Shown: positions 1-14,065, numbered from the stretch's first letter. The stretch: 64,000 nucleotides of DNA from the human T2T-CHM13v2.0 reference genome, Homo sapiens (GCF_009914755.1 NC_060935.1), one strand, 5' to 3'. Made by a program: numbers and translations. The notes: generated from the sequence alone by a model not told the origin.

Positions 1-23
1 GTGAGTGGGGTCGGGCTGGGGTG
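1..23 (+). other. Candidate 5' splice donor with downstream G-runs (probable intron start)
   Basis: Window begins GTGAGT (consensus GTRAGT) followed by GGGG/GGG/GGGG runs typical of intronic splicing enhancers; the upstream exon is outside the window, so this cannot be confirmed. Confidence 0.45.
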
Positions 24-315
24 TTTATGGCCCCGAGGTACCCCCTGCCTAATCTCTGCCTGCTCCTTCAGTTGTGAAGGCTGAGAAACACTATGGGAAG
101 AGACTCCCCCAAAGTCTTGAGCCCCTGTAGACCTCAAGGTAGGGAATGGGGCCAGACCCACATGACAATCTCAGCAAGGCCCCCCCTCCCACCACCTCTG
201 TCTGCTGGGAGGGAGAGTTTGGTCCTGCTGCCTAGCCCAGCTGCCCCTGGCCACCACTCCCTGGTGGCTCATACCGTCACAGGCTCCAGCTTCATCCCTT
301 CACAACCTGGACTGA

Positions 316-687
<372 letters not shown>

Positions 688-689
688 TG

Positions 690-870
690 AGCTCTCCTGT
701 ATATCATCCCCTTTGTTTTCCACAAGAACCCTATGTGGTGGGAATATTATTTTCTCTATTTTATAGATGAAGATACTGAGGTTCAGGGAGGTTAGGTGAT
801 TTACCCCAAGGGAGTGTCCCAGCTGGGATGAGACCTGGGCTGCTTTCTCTCAGGGCTTTTTCTATGGCAC
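690..870 (-). mobile_element. MIR SINE fragment
   Basis: Contains the MIR core ttttatagatgaagatactgaggttcagggaggttaggtgattt. Confidence 0.7.
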
Positions 871-2333
871 CAAACTGTCTTTCTCCAGCTGCCTCAGTTG
901 TCCCATCCTGAAATCTGCCTTCTTGCTCCACCCACACACCTTCCCTTTGCCCCAGCTGACTCACAGGCCTGGGAAAATCCCTTTCTCCTACCCACCTGCG
1001 CAGGTGTAGGTGCACGCCAGCCCCTGCAATGTAAACCCCCTGGACCATAGTGGGTCTTCAAGGCCATCCTTTGGCTGGCCCTGACCTTCCAGGGTCCTGG
1101 GGTAGAGGAGGCTGGGAAGGTGTGTGCCGAGGGCACCAGGGAGATGTCAGACTCAGTTACCATGATGTGGACTATCCACGCTGCCTTGGGGGCTTGGTGT
1201 CACACTGCATCAAGTGGGCACTCAGGGCTTACTCCCTCTAGCTAAGAGATCCAGCCCCACTTTCCCTTCCCCCTGCTTGAGACCACTCAGAAGCATTCTC
1301 TATCCCTGGGGATGCAGTCAGGGCCTCCTGGATGTCCAGCCTTTGGGAGGTGCCACTCCAAAGGGACTGAGTGTTCAATGTTGGGGGTGGGGTGGGAAGG
1401 CTTTTCCCTCAATAGTTTCATCTGGCCTCCCCGGGGGGCCATGCTTCTATTTCATGGTTTGGTGGGGAAGAGTCCAAGCTTTGAGGACCCCTGTCCATGG
1501 GCTCATCTCAAAGGTGGTGCTCGGCAGAAGCCCAGATGCAAGGGTGGGCTGCAATGGGGAGAACCTCAGATCTTGCTTCTGAAAGGAGACCCTCCTAGGC
1601 CTGCAGGGAGACCCGGCAGCCCATTCCTACCACGGTGGCCACTGCTGTACCTTGCTCATGTCCTGTTTTGTCTCTGCAGCTCTTCCCATTTCCTCCATAC
1701 ACAGCATTAAGTTGAGGCTGGAGGTCGGGGCAGTAAAGGGAGGGCAGAAAGGACTTAACGTTCATACCCCTGAGGGAAGGATGTTTTGGGCTCTGTGGGG
1801 TGCCCAGCATGCAGAGTGAAGGGTGGGAGCAGAGAGCATGAGCTGGGCACAAGCTGAGCCCCAGAGTGCAGGGGCCAGAGCTGCCTCACAGGGTCTGCCC
1901 AGCGCCCTCCCTTCCAGCTCCATTGCTCTGGACTTCACGGTTGCCCATCAGGACACAGGTCTCCTCAGTGCCCCCGCCTCCCACCTTACACTCTGGACCC
2001 CATTGCATCCACCAGGCTGCCGACACCCTAAAATGCTGTCCAGGTCTCCTCCTGGACACTAGCTCCCCATTGCTGACAGAACGACATATGAACATTTGAG
2101 CACAGCACTCGCTGCCTGTCTGGCGTCATGTTCCCTGTGTTCCTCTGCAGCCCACCTCTCCCTCCCCACATCGAGGGCGGTTCTCTGGTCATGAACTTGT
2201 GCTGCCGCTGATGTACCATGCTCCCTTGGTTCTTGAGACCTTGGCCTGTGCTGACCCCTCTGTTGGGATTGGCTGTACCCCTTAGCCACTGAGAGAGATT
2301 CCACGCATTCTTTGCATCTTCTCTGAGATCCAC

Positions 2334-2389
2334 CTCCACTGAGAGGTCTCCCAGGCTTCTGCTCCACTGAGAAGTCTCCCAGGCTTCTG
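2334..2389. repeat. 28-bp tandem duplication
   Basis: ctccactgagaggtctcccaggcttctg followed by ctccactgagaagtctcccaggcttctg (1 mismatch). Confidence 0.9.
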
Positions 2390-2608
2390 CCTCACTGAGC
2401 TGGCCACACAGTTAGGCACATCTCTTTGTTTTAACAATTAACTGCTTATGGTTTGGCTTTTTTTATTGATGTTTCTCTCTGACCTTTGATAGTGAGCAAC
2501 TGAGAGTGGAGGCCATGTCCTAACCACCCAGCCCCTCAGCAGTAGCACTGTGCTTGACCTGCCCTGTGGATATTTAAATGTTTGGAAAATACATTTTTTC
2601 AATTAATT

Positions 2609-2616
2609 ATTTTTTC

Positions 2617-2664
<48 letters not shown>

Positions 2665-2675
2665 TTTCTTTCTTT

Positions 2676-2723
<48 letters not shown>

Positions 2724-2889
2724 TCCTTTCTTTCTTTTTTTCTTTCTCTTTCTCTCTCTCTCTCTCTTTTTCTTTTGCTTTTTTCTTTTGTAGAGACAGG
2801 GTGTTTCGATTTTGCCCAGGCAAGTCTTGAACTCCTGGCCTCAAGTGATCCTCCTTCCTCAGCCATTGTGTGAGCCACCACACCTGGCC
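2609..2889 (-). repeat. (TTTC)n/(TC)n compound microsatellite forming the tail of an internally deleted FLAM/Alu monomer (~2786-2889)
   Basis: About 180 bp of TTTC-rich repeat abuts tagagacaggg...ctcaagtgatcctcc...gagccaccacacctggcc. Confidence 0.9.
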
Positions 2890-3839
2890 AGAAAATGTTT
2901 GAATTCACAAACTCATTAATGACTGAAGTCATTGGAGAGGTACTTGAGGAGCTCTTCACATCTGCCTGGTCCTTCCCCAGTGTTCCTGACACCTCCCCAC
3001 AGGACTTGGGAGACAGGCCTCACAGCGCACAATCCAGGCTGCCCTTAAAAGGGCTTGAAAACCAGATCCAGGTGCCCAGAAGAGAATAGTCTCTCCAAGG
3101 TGCTACTAGTCCTGCCCTTAGTCCTGCCCCCATCTTTCTCTGATATCCCTGTGGACAGCATGCTATCCAAATTTCTGGCATTTAAGCTGAATCCAGCCTC
3201 AGAGCCAGCTTGCTAAGCCTCAGTCTGAGGAGCTGCATTCTCTGTGACATCATCCTCCTCGGCTGGCTCTCAAACTAGGTCAGGGCCTGCTGGCAGGAGC
3301 CGGCTAGCACTGACTGCCCAGCAGCCTGCCACGCGGTTGCAGCTTCTGGGTAGACAGAACAGCAGGGCTGCTGAAGTTGATGGGGAGGTAACTGGGGGTG
3401 GGGCAGGGCAGGAGAAGGTCTAATACTGAGGCCAGAGCAGGTGGGAATGTCTTCCTTACCTCCCTTGCTCCCATGAGTTAATTATTAATAGCTCATCAGC
3501 CATTCGTCCTTTCACTTGCTTATTCCACAAACAGGTGTTGGATGCATGCCTTGTGTCAGGCACTGTACTAGGTGCTGGGGTAGGAAGAAGAGATCTTTGT
3601 CCAGAGAGGGAGGAAGACATAACCAACCACAGGTGGCTAAGCCAGAGGGTTCTGGGTATGTCCCAGGTTCTCTGGGCTGCCCAGGGGAGGGAATGATGGA
3701 GAGGGTCTATGGAGGTCAGAAGGCAGCCACGTCCTGAGGACCAGCTGCACACACATATGCAGGACCAGCCTCGAAGCCCCCTTTTTCCACCACGCCCCTC
3801 TCACCAGTATGTGCTCTAGACCCTATCTCAAAACCAGAT

Positions 3840-4480
3840 TTCAGAGGCCCCCTCCCACCTCCACTGCCACCACTCTGGCCCCAGCCTCCTTCTCCTGCCT
3901 GGTGACTGCAGTAGCCTTTCCACGGAGCTTCCTGCTTCTACTCTCATGCATTTGCAATCTATTCTCCATATGACAGTGAGAACGATCTTGTTTTAAATAT
4001 GTATTTTATTTTTAGTAGGTAATACATGCCTTTTATACAAAATAATATTTTAATAGGTAATACATGCCTTTTATACAAAATAAAATGATTTTTTAAAACT
4101 CCGAATAATCAGGAACAGATCATGTCACTCTTCTATTTAGGATCCACCCAGTGGTTTCTCACCTACTTAGAACGTAAACCAAATCTCCTGCCTAGTCTGC
4201 AAAGCCCCACTGTCCTGGGTTCGTCTGCCTTTCTGACCCCGCCTTGCACCACTTGCCCCTCCCTGGAAATGAACCTGTCTCTTCCTCAAACAGGCCAGTC
4301 TCCTTCTCACCTCCTATGGCCTTGCCTGTGCTGTTCCTGCTGCCTGGAATGCTCTTCCCCAGACCCCCGCTTGGCTGTTACTTCTTGTCAATCAGAGCTC
4401 AGCTTAATGTCATCGCCTCAGGGAGGCCTTCCCTGATGAATAATCTAAAATGGCCACCAGATGCTCTATCCTATCACTGC
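3840..4480 (+). mobile_element. L2 LINE fragment (its 3' end appears to resume at ~7800-7945, after the L1)
   Basis: L2-type phrases: ccactgccaccactctgg, attctcca...cagtgagaacgatctt, cagatcatgtcactc, cctggaatgctcttcccc, cagcttaatgtca...cctcagggaggccttccctga. Confidence 0.7.
4016..4083. repeat. 30-bp direct duplication (period 38)
   Basis: taggtaatacatgccttttatacaaaataa occurs at 4016-4045 and 4054-4083. Confidence 0.9.
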
Positions 4481-5024
4481 ATTTGTAAAAATAGCTTTAT
4501 TGAGGTATAACTGACACACAGTAAACAGATGTATAACACTCAATTGGAGACATTTTGACATATGCATATACCTGTGGCCATCACCACGATCAAGATAGTA
4601 AGCATAGCCATCACCCTCAAATGTTTCTTCATCCACCTTTGTAATCCCTCCCCTTCTCTCCACCCACTGCCCCCCACAACCACTGGTCTGCCTTCTGTCA
4701 CTATCGATTAGTTTGCATTTAATAGAATTTCATATAAATGGAATTATACAAGATGGACTCTTATTTTGGAGGGTCTGGCTTTTTTCACTCAGCTCAGTAG
4801 AGATTTATCCATGCTGCATGTGTCAATGGTTTATTCATTTATGTCTCTGAGTAGCACTCCATTATATGGACTTACCACCATTTTGTTTGTCCATATTCAC
4901 TGGCTGATGAACATTTGGGTTGTTTCCAGGTTTGGCTATTATATATAAGGCTGCATGAACATTTGTGTACAAGTTGGTTCTCTTTGATAAATACCTAGGA
5001 GTGGAAGGGCTGTATTATACTTAA

Positions 5025-5441
<417 letters not shown>

Positions 5442-7165
5442 TGACAAAAATTGGTATGGTCAGTCTTTTTATCTTTAGCTATTCTAATAGCTATGTAGTG
5501 ATTGCTCATTGTGGTTTTAATTTGCATTTCCCTAATGACTAATAATGTTAAGGATCTTTTCATTTGCTTCTTTGCCATTTGTATATCTTCTTTAGTGAAC
5601 TATCTATTTATATATCTTGCCTGCCTGTTTGAAATTGTTTGATTTCTTACTATTGAGTTGTAGGACATACTTTTAATATCTAGATACAAGTCTTTGATCA
5701 GATATGTGATTTGCAAATATTTTCTTCAGTATCTGGTGTGTCTTTTCATTCTCTTAATAGTGTCTTTCAAAGAATCGAAGTTCTTAATTTTCTTGAAGTC
5801 TAATTTATCAATTTCTTCCTTTATAAATTGTGCTTTTTGGTGTTGTGTCTGAAAAATCTTTGCCTAACTCATGGTCATGAAGATTTTCTTCTAGAAATTA
5901 TATAGTTTTAGTTTTAGGCTTTACATTTACACATATGATCCATTTTGAGTTAACTTTTGTATTTTGCATTTATCGTACAAAACAATTTTGCATTATGAAT
6001 ATATGGCATGCTGTGCGGATAGTTCTCCTTTGCATATGATAGCCAATTATTCCAGCACAATTTGTTGAAAGGTTGTCCTTTCTTTACTGCATTGCCTTTG
6101 TACCTTTGTAAAACAGCAATTGACCAGACAGGTATGAGTCTATTTCTGGTCTTTCTATTCTGTTCCATGAACCTGTCTGTCTGTCTTGATGCCAATACCA
6201 CGATACTGTAGTTACCTTAGCTTTATAACAAGCCTTGAAGTCAGGTAGTATGAGTCCTCTAACTTTGTTCTTTTTCAAAGTTGTTTTGGTTCCTCTAGGT
6301 TTTTTGCATTTCCATATGAATTTTAGAATCAGACTGTTAATTTCAATTAAAAATCCTGCTGGGATTTTGGTTGGGATTGCATTGAATTTATAGATCAATT
6401 TGGATAGAATTGATATTCTCACAATATTGAGTCTTTTGATCCATTAACACAGTATATCTCTGTTTTTATTTAGGTTTTCTTTAATTTCTGCAATGTTTTG
6501 TAATTTTCAGTGTACCTGTTTTGCACATCTTTGGTCAGATTTATCCCTAAGTATTTCATATTTCATGATGCTATTGTAAAAGATATTTTTTAAAGTTTCA
6601 ATTTCCAAATGATTGGTGATGAGATACAATTGATATGTGTATTACTGAGCATATATCCTGCAACCTTGCTAAACTTGCTTATTAGTTTTTGTGGATTTTA
6701 TTGGATTTTCTTTTCTTTCTTTCTTTTTTGTTGTAGCCCCACTCTCACCCACTATTGGATTTTCTACACAGATTATCCTGCCAACTGTGAATAAACATAA
6801 TTTTACTTCTTTCTTTCTAATCTGGATACCTTTTATTTCTTTTTATTGCCTTATTGCACTGGCTAAAATCTCTAGCACATTGTTAAACAGAAGTGGTGAG
6901 AGCAGATATCCTTGCCTTGTTCCGGATCTTAGGGGGAAAGCAGTCAGTCTTTCACCATTAGATATGATGTTAACTGTATTTTAAAAAAGACATAGGTGCA
7001 TTTTATTGGTCTGAGGAAATTTCTTTCTATTCCTAGTTTGCTCAGAGTTTTTTTTTTAATCAGAAATGGATTTTGGATTTTGTCAAATGCTGTTTCTGCA
7101 TCTATTGAGGTGATAATATGGTTTTTCTTTTGTAATCTATTAAAATAGCAAGTTATGTTACTGAC

Positions 7166-7330
7166 TTTTTTAAAAGAGATGGGTCTTGCTGTGTTGCCTA
7201 GGCTGGAGTGCAGTGGCCATTCACAGGCACAGTCATAGTGCATTACAGCCCTAAACTCCTGGGCTCAAGTGATCCTCCTGTCTCAGCCTCCTGAGTAGCT
7301 GGTATTACAGGCATGCAACACCACACCCAG
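7166..7330 (-). mobile_element. FAM-type (fossil Alu monomer) inserted in L1
   Basis: Monomer retains the 7SL-like segment cagtggccattcacaggcac that is absent from Alu dimers. Confidence 0.75.
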
Positions 7331-8160
7331 TTAAATGATTGATTTTTGAATGTTAAATCAATTTTGTATTCCTGGTATATACCCCATTTGGTTATGATAT
7401 ATTGTCTTTTTATATACTGTTGAGTTGTATTTGATAGAATTTGGATTAGAATTTTTGCATCTATGTTTATAAGGGATATCAGTCCATCATCTTCTTGTAA
7501 CCTTTGTCTGGTTTTGTATCAGAGTAATGCTGGTCTCATAAAATGAGTTTTTAAGTAGTTCCTCCTCTTTAATTTTTTGGAAGTGTTTGTGTAGATTTGG
7601 TATTATTTCTTCCTCAAATGTTTGTTAGAATTCACTAGTGAAACCATCTAGGTCTGAGGTTTTCTTCATGGAAAGGTTTTAAACTACAACTTCAATTTGT
7701 TTAATAAATATAGGACAATTCAGCTTATTTTTTCTTCTTGAGTGAACTTCAGTAGTTTACCATCACACTATTATAAATTATTTGCACAGCCCTTTGTATT
7801 ATCTGACAAATTCTTGTTTTCTTAATTAATTACTTTTTAAGTGTTTCTCTCCTACAAGATTGAATTCCAGGACAGGGACTGTCAGGTTCATCTTTGCATC
7901 TAGCACAGAGTATGAGCTCAATGTATAATAGTGGAGTGAATAGATGCTATTTTAATCTTTCTGAAAATACAGAAACATGGATGTTCTCAGGTTATGCCTG
8001 TGAAAGCTGAGGCTTCGAGAGAGAGGTTAAGTAAATTGCCCAGTACCGGATAACCTACAAAGTGGGTCAAACCCATGATATTGCTCGTACATGGTTTTCC
8101 CTCTTGCTCAGTATTTACTTGGTAGCAAAGTATGAGAGTGATGGCTGCAGAGAAACTAGA

Positions 8161-8297
8161 CAGGGCTCTCAAGCTTTAGTGTGCATGAGGCTTACTTGGG
8201 GCATTTATTAAATGAGCCAGGAATCTGTATCTTTGACATGGCCCCCAGGAGAGTTTGATCTACATCATCAAGAGACCGCAATTTAGGAAGCTCTGAC
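8161..8297. mobile_element. MER5-like hAT-Charlie fragment
   Basis: cagggctctcaagcttt...gccaggaatctgtatcttt...cccaggagagtttgat pattern. Confidence 0.5.
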
Positions 8298-9694
8298 CCA
8301 GCCTGTGCAAAATGCAGGGGAAGGGAAAATGCTACTCTGTTCAGAGAGGGAGGGGACATGGTATGGGTGGGCCTAGGGTCACTTTTTAGGGGGTGGCTAT
8401 GAATTCAGGACCTCAGCCTGAGGTGGGGCATTTGCAGACATGTGCAAACAAGCCCCAAGGGCACTAAATCAGCCCCAGGAAGTTCTTTTTCAGGGTCAGT
8501 GGCTTATGAACCAATTCCTTTCCCCTGTACCCCTGTTTCTCAAGTGGCCAGAGGTAAGGCCAGTGCAGTTTCTCTGCTTTTAATAAAAGGATAAACTGTA
8601 GGGATCTTTCAAGCTGTCTTTGGTTAAGCTTTCAGAAACCTCACTGCCCCATCTAGTCCCATTCCTTACTTCTCATCTGGCTTCATGGGGAGGTGGGACC
8701 AGGATTGAAAGAAGGAAGGCAGGGAAACAGAGAAGTCCTGGGCTACTTACTAGAGGAAGGTGTAATTAGCAGATGTCTCTCTCAGGGGCTTGGGGACAGC
8801 AGCCCTCTTGCCATATTCAGGGGACGGGGGAGTGGGTAGGTGAAGAGACTCCGGGCCCTGGGAACTGTGCATAGGTTTCCTCACCTCCAGAAGTTCGCCC
8901 TGCTCACCCTCAGCCTGTGTGAATCAGTGAAGGAGTTGGGCTCCACATAGGAGGAAAGGCAGGGGCTGGGGGAGGTGCTTGGATAAGGGGATAGGTCACG
9001 TGCTCCACCTGCACACCCTCATGTGCTCTACCCACAGGAGGTTTCTTTTTTGGAAGCCTAACCAAAGAGAGCTTCCCAGGGCCTCCGTACAGGACATTCC
9101 AAAGCCTCTGCCGGTTTTCTGCCCCCTGCCCTCCAGTGTCACATTGGCTGAGACTCCTGATGTGCTAGGGCAGAAGTGGCAGGCAGAGGCAGAGAGGGCT
9201 TGTGTTCCAAAGGGCAGGCAGACAGGGAGGGCAGGAGGGAGGACACAGAGGAGGAAGGGCAGAGGGCAGGCCTCTGAACTGGGTGCTAAGGTGCTCCACT
9301 GTGGAAGGTGGGAGTGGGACACCCTCCTGGAGGCAGTTGACATAATGCCTGGCTTGGCTGTCAGTTGGCCTGGAAGCTAATGGAGCCATTTGCCTGCCAT
9401 CACCACACTGGCTGGGAGAAGTGGAAGGGCACTTGTCCCCTGGGGTAGTCTCTGCCATCCTGTGTTGGCACTGGGCTGGACAGATGTCATTGCCTTCATG
9501 TGGGAAAAGGCAGCTGTCCTGGGTAGAGGAGCCACTGTCTTTGTGGCCTAGTCTCAGCAATTAGGGTTGGAGGGAGGGGTCCTGGTCAGCTCCCAAACAG
9601 CAGGCACGGCAGAGCACTTGTACTTGGCATCAGAGAGGATCCAGACAAACTCCTATTGGAAGATGCTATTTGGGTGGTGTTTTATTTGATTAGA

Positions 9695-10316
9695 TATTAG
9701 TGTTTATTTTCTATGCCTGAGTAAGGAATGACCACAAACACAGCAGCTTAAAATGACATCCATTTTATCACCTCACAGTTTCTGTGGGTCAGGAGTCCAA
9801 GCTCAGGTCAGCAGGGTTCTCGCTCAGGATCTCCTAAAGCTGCCGTTCAGGTGTCGGCTGGTCTGTACTCCTCTCTGGAGCTGGGGGTCCTCTTTCAAGC
9901 TCATGTGGTTGTTGGTAATATTCAGTTTCTTGTGGTTATAGGAATGAGGTCCCATTCTCTTGCTGGCTGTCATCCCATCTCTCTTGGCTTCTAGAAGCTT
10001 CTCAGAGTTTCCCGCCATGTAGCTCTCACAGGCTTCCTCGCCTGGCAGCTCACTTCTTTAAGGCCGCCAGGAGACTCTGTCTGTCTCCATTCAGGAAGGG
10101 CCAGTTCCTCTTTTAAGGGCTTTCACCTGTTTAAGCCAGGCCCACCCAGGATATTATTCCTTTTAAGTGACTCAAAACAAACTAATCTGAGACCTTAATT
10201 ACCTCACCCCATCATACGCATGAGGCCCACCCACACCACAAAAAAGGGGATTGTGGTAGAGCATCTACACAAGGAGGCAGGAATCCTGAAGCCATCTTAG
10301 ATTTCTGCCTTTCACA
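9695..10316 (-). mobile_element. MLT1-type MaLR solo LTR
   Basis: accacaaac...gcttaaaa...ctcacagtttctgtgggtcaggagtcc, ending gccatcttagatttctgcctttcaca. Confidence 0.8.
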
Positions 10317-10458
10317 ATATTCAACTTCATTCGTTCACTCATTCATTCATTTATTTTGAAAGACGAAAGGGGAGAGAGAGAATATAGACAGAGAGTATGC
10401 GAGAGAGAGATAGAGAGAGAGAGAGAATGTGTTTGGATGTTTAAAGATGAGAGGGAGT

Positions 10459-10903
<445 letters not shown>

Positions 10904-11059
10904 TCAGAATTTTTATTATAAACTGTTGCATGGATAGGAGCCAAAAAGAGCATTTGCTGTATGTGCTCATTTCTTACAGGGAATTGGTGGGAACCAACTC
11001 AACCAATGACTATTGCTGGTGGCCATCTGCTGGGACATGCAAATAGCTTATAGAACCAG

Positions 11060-11200
11060 AGAATCACAGACTCTTAGAACCAGAAAGGGCTCTGGGGATC
11101 TTGTAATCCAACCTAGTCACTGCACAGATGATGGAACTGAGGCCCAGAGAGGAGATGTGAGTTGGGCAAGGTCACACAGCTAGTGGGCAGCAAGTTTTAC
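11060..11200 (-). mobile_element. MIR/MIR3 fragment
   Basis: acagatgatggaactgaggcccagagagga...aaggtcacacagctagt. Confidence 0.7.
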
Positions 11201-12004
11201 TGGGAACAAATCAATGCCTACTCATTCAGCAAGCAGGTCTTGGGTGAGGATTAGGAGGGGGCACACATGTCCTAGGCCAGCTCATGTACTTTCCACTACA
11301 ACAGTTTGCCTCATTACACAGTCTCTGCTTCTCTAATGGGACTGGCTTCATAGAATTCTTAATGTGTAAAATATTAATCAGCAGTTGCCTTCCTTGTCCT
11401 CCTGGCCATGGGGAGTAGACAGAGGGGGCTGCAGCCTGAGCACAGATGGGGTGGCAGCAGGAGGAGGGGGCTCTGCAGCCTGTGGAATGGCAATGTTTGT
11501 GCGTGCGTGCGTGCGTGCATGTGTGTGTGTATCCAACTGAGATTAAGCCCTGAAAGCAGGACTCAACCTTGCCTCCCCCTCCCCCATGCAATCACATCCT
11601 GCCTGTGACTGTGTCACCTCCATCCCTCCAGCAGCCTCTATCAGTATCACAGATGCTGATTCACAAGATGCAGGTTGCGATGGAAGGTGATTAATGATGG
11701 CAGCTATAGTCCCTCTTACTCTCCCAGCCTCCCTGACCTTGTTCTTCCCCTCCTCTTTCCACTTCCCCTGTCCCCATCATCCCATAAGAAAAGAGATAAA
11801 CATTCAAGACATGAGGGGAGTTGGGTCTTTCTGGAGCAGCTGCTATGAGCCAGGCACTGTGCCAGGCTCTTTTGTTTGTTCTCATTTAACAATGGACATA
11901 GAGAGATGCTGTGGGATGTCATGGGATGGGAGGAAGGCAGTGTTCTTCCCGTGTCTCCATAGAGGGCAGTGGCAGGCTGATTTCCAGCAGACAGGTTTGG
12001 CATC

Positions 12005-12149
12005 CTTTGGCACACATGTTGTTCATGTTGTTTCTGATGTGTATGTTGTCAGCGTGCCAGGTTTCAGGGTTACACATGGACTTGCCCTCTGAAGCTGGGC
12101 ATGCTGACAACGTGCACATCAGAACCAACATGAATGGCATGTGCCAAAG
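12005..12149 (+). repeat. Long imperfect inverted repeat (61-bp stem, 21-nt loop)
   Basis: Arms 12005-12067 and 12089-12149: 51 Watson-Crick pairs, 8 G-U pairs, 2 mismatches and one 2-nt bulge (counted by hand). Confidence 0.92.
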
Positions 12150-13074
12150 AATGAAGCTGTCAGGAACCCTAGCAATCATTCACTTTACTAGCAGGGTGAG
12201 ATGGAGGCCCACAGGAAACTTGACTTGCTCAAGGTCATGCAGAGCTGGCCTCTCCTGATTCCCATTCTAGAAGCCATTCTTATATCCAGCTTCCATTTCT
12301 CCTGCTGCACTTTTACTCTACTCTGGAAGCAGGGGCATGGTCACTGAGCATCTCAGAGCTTGCGGGTGATAAGGGCACAAGTCTTTAGCGAAGGAGATTT
12401 AAGCCACAAGGACAGCCTCTCCCAATACCATCTCTGAGCAGCTTTGCCCAGTTTTCTGTCTAAGTGATGGGCCTTGTTGTCATCATGACTGGAATGGATT
12501 GCTAGCCTATTGACTGGGTCAGGGATGTGGCAGAGCCTCTGACACTTAGGCAACCTCTATACGATGGGCTGTTTCCTCTGTCCCTTTCATTGTGTCCATG
12601 TGTGCCCATGTGAGTGGAGTGGGGTGGGGTGCAGAGTGTGTATGGCTGAATTACTAGTATACATGCAGAACTCCAAGCCCAATTTCTGATTTGTAAGATA
12701 TGACAGTGGGGTCTTCCCTTCCTCTTATATTTTTGAGATGTCCAAGGAATCATGTAAATGAGTGACAGACTCTAACTCAGGAGGACCCAGGGGTGCTTTT
12801 TCCTGCCTCTGTTGGCTTCCTCTGGGTCAGGCTGGGAAGCTGGGGAAGAGGGCTGAGCCCAGCTCCTGTCATCCTGCCATCTGTTGCTTGGTCCTTCAGT
12901 GAGTTTGGTTGAGGGAGAAATTAGGTCAGAGGAGATAGGTCTGGGAACCCAGATCTGGCAGATGTGAGAATGTGGGCTAAGGTCTGTGGGCTCTGTTTTC
13001 TTGAGGCATATTGGGTTGGGTAGCAGAGTCAAGCAGTATTTCTTTCCTTTGGAGAAACCAGTCAGCTCAGTGAA

Positions 13075-13095
13075 TTCAGCACCCTGGACAGAGCC
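13075..13095 (+). promoter_or_regulatory. Canonical RE1/NRSE (REST binding site)
   Basis: TTCAGCACCCTGGACAGAGCC vs consensus TTCAGCACCACGGACAGCGCC; differences only in the 2-nt spacer and at the tolerant position 18. Confidence 0.85.
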
Positions 13096-13879
13096 TAAGA
13101 AGGCAGGGAGGCTCTTCATGCCCTTTGATGCCCCCACCAGGCTGCAGGCCTGGTGGTCATGGGTGCCAAGGCCCAGAGTTCCCAGGTGTGGGCCCCCAGA
13201 CTACAGAGAGTATTGGGCTTTCCAGACTAGACTCTCAGAAAACTTGACTGGCTAGGACTTATCTGCAGGCAGGAGGGGGTATTGGGGGTTGGGCTGTTCC
13301 TTTGAGGAAGACTCATTGACTTGATGCCAGGGCTGAAATGGCTGGTCCTGGGTCTGGAAAGGTCAGTGCACAAGCACAGAAGTCTTCTGTCTGTTTGACT
13401 ATCCCACTGTGAGCCCCTTGAGGACAGGAACCCAGTAGATCTCACTGCTGTTCTCCGCACAACTAGCAGATAGCCTGGCTGGGGGTAGGTGCTCTTCAAT
13501 GACTAATTACTGACTGAATGTTGAGGAAACAGGCCACAGAGAGTGAAGTTTGGATGGAGCTGGATGGGAAGAAAGCCAGGCCCTTTGATGGGCCCCCATT
13601 GGGAGCTATCCCCCCATTCCTTTTCTCCTGTTCTCACCTGCCAACTCCTTCCCCACCCAGCCCTGTTTTCTCAGTGCACTTCACTCCCCCCACCATGAAT
13701 GGCCGCCTTTTGACATTTCCCATCTCTGCCCTTGCCTTCAATGCTTTCCCCAAGGCCATCGCCCCACCCCTTCCTCACACTGCAGTGGGCCATCTCTCTC
13801 CTAAACGTCTGGTTGCTGACTCTCTGACCCCTTAGCACTAACAGGGATTTTGTCTTTGTTCCACAATTGGGATGCCATA

Positions 13880-14065
13880 GTTAAAATGGTTTTCTAAAAA
13901 TTTAATAATATATTTTATTTAACCCAATGTATCCAAAATAGTGTCATTTCAGTGTGTGCTCAATATGAAAAATGTATTAGTGAGCCAGTTTACATTATTC
14001 TTCTCAGAATCCACGGTGTATTTGGTACTTGCCGCCTATCTTATTTCACAGTGCTCCAGGAGCCC
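13880..14065. mobile_element. MER33/MER3-like hAT-Charlie fragment
   Basis: tttaataatatattttatttaacccaatgtatccaaaat...cagaatccacggtgtattt. Confidence 0.65.

Noticed and set aside
1660-1680. Acceptor-like polypyrimidine-CAG (several similar sites, e.g. ~23116, 27549, 48577)
   Set aside because: Common by chance; no paired donor or coding signal to define an exon.
2578-2992. F/L/S-rich and K/E/R-rich ORFs
   Set aside because: Translations of the TTTC microsatellite.
5950-6422. ORFs with L1 ORF2 similarity
   Set aside because: Fragments of a dead L1M, not a host gene.
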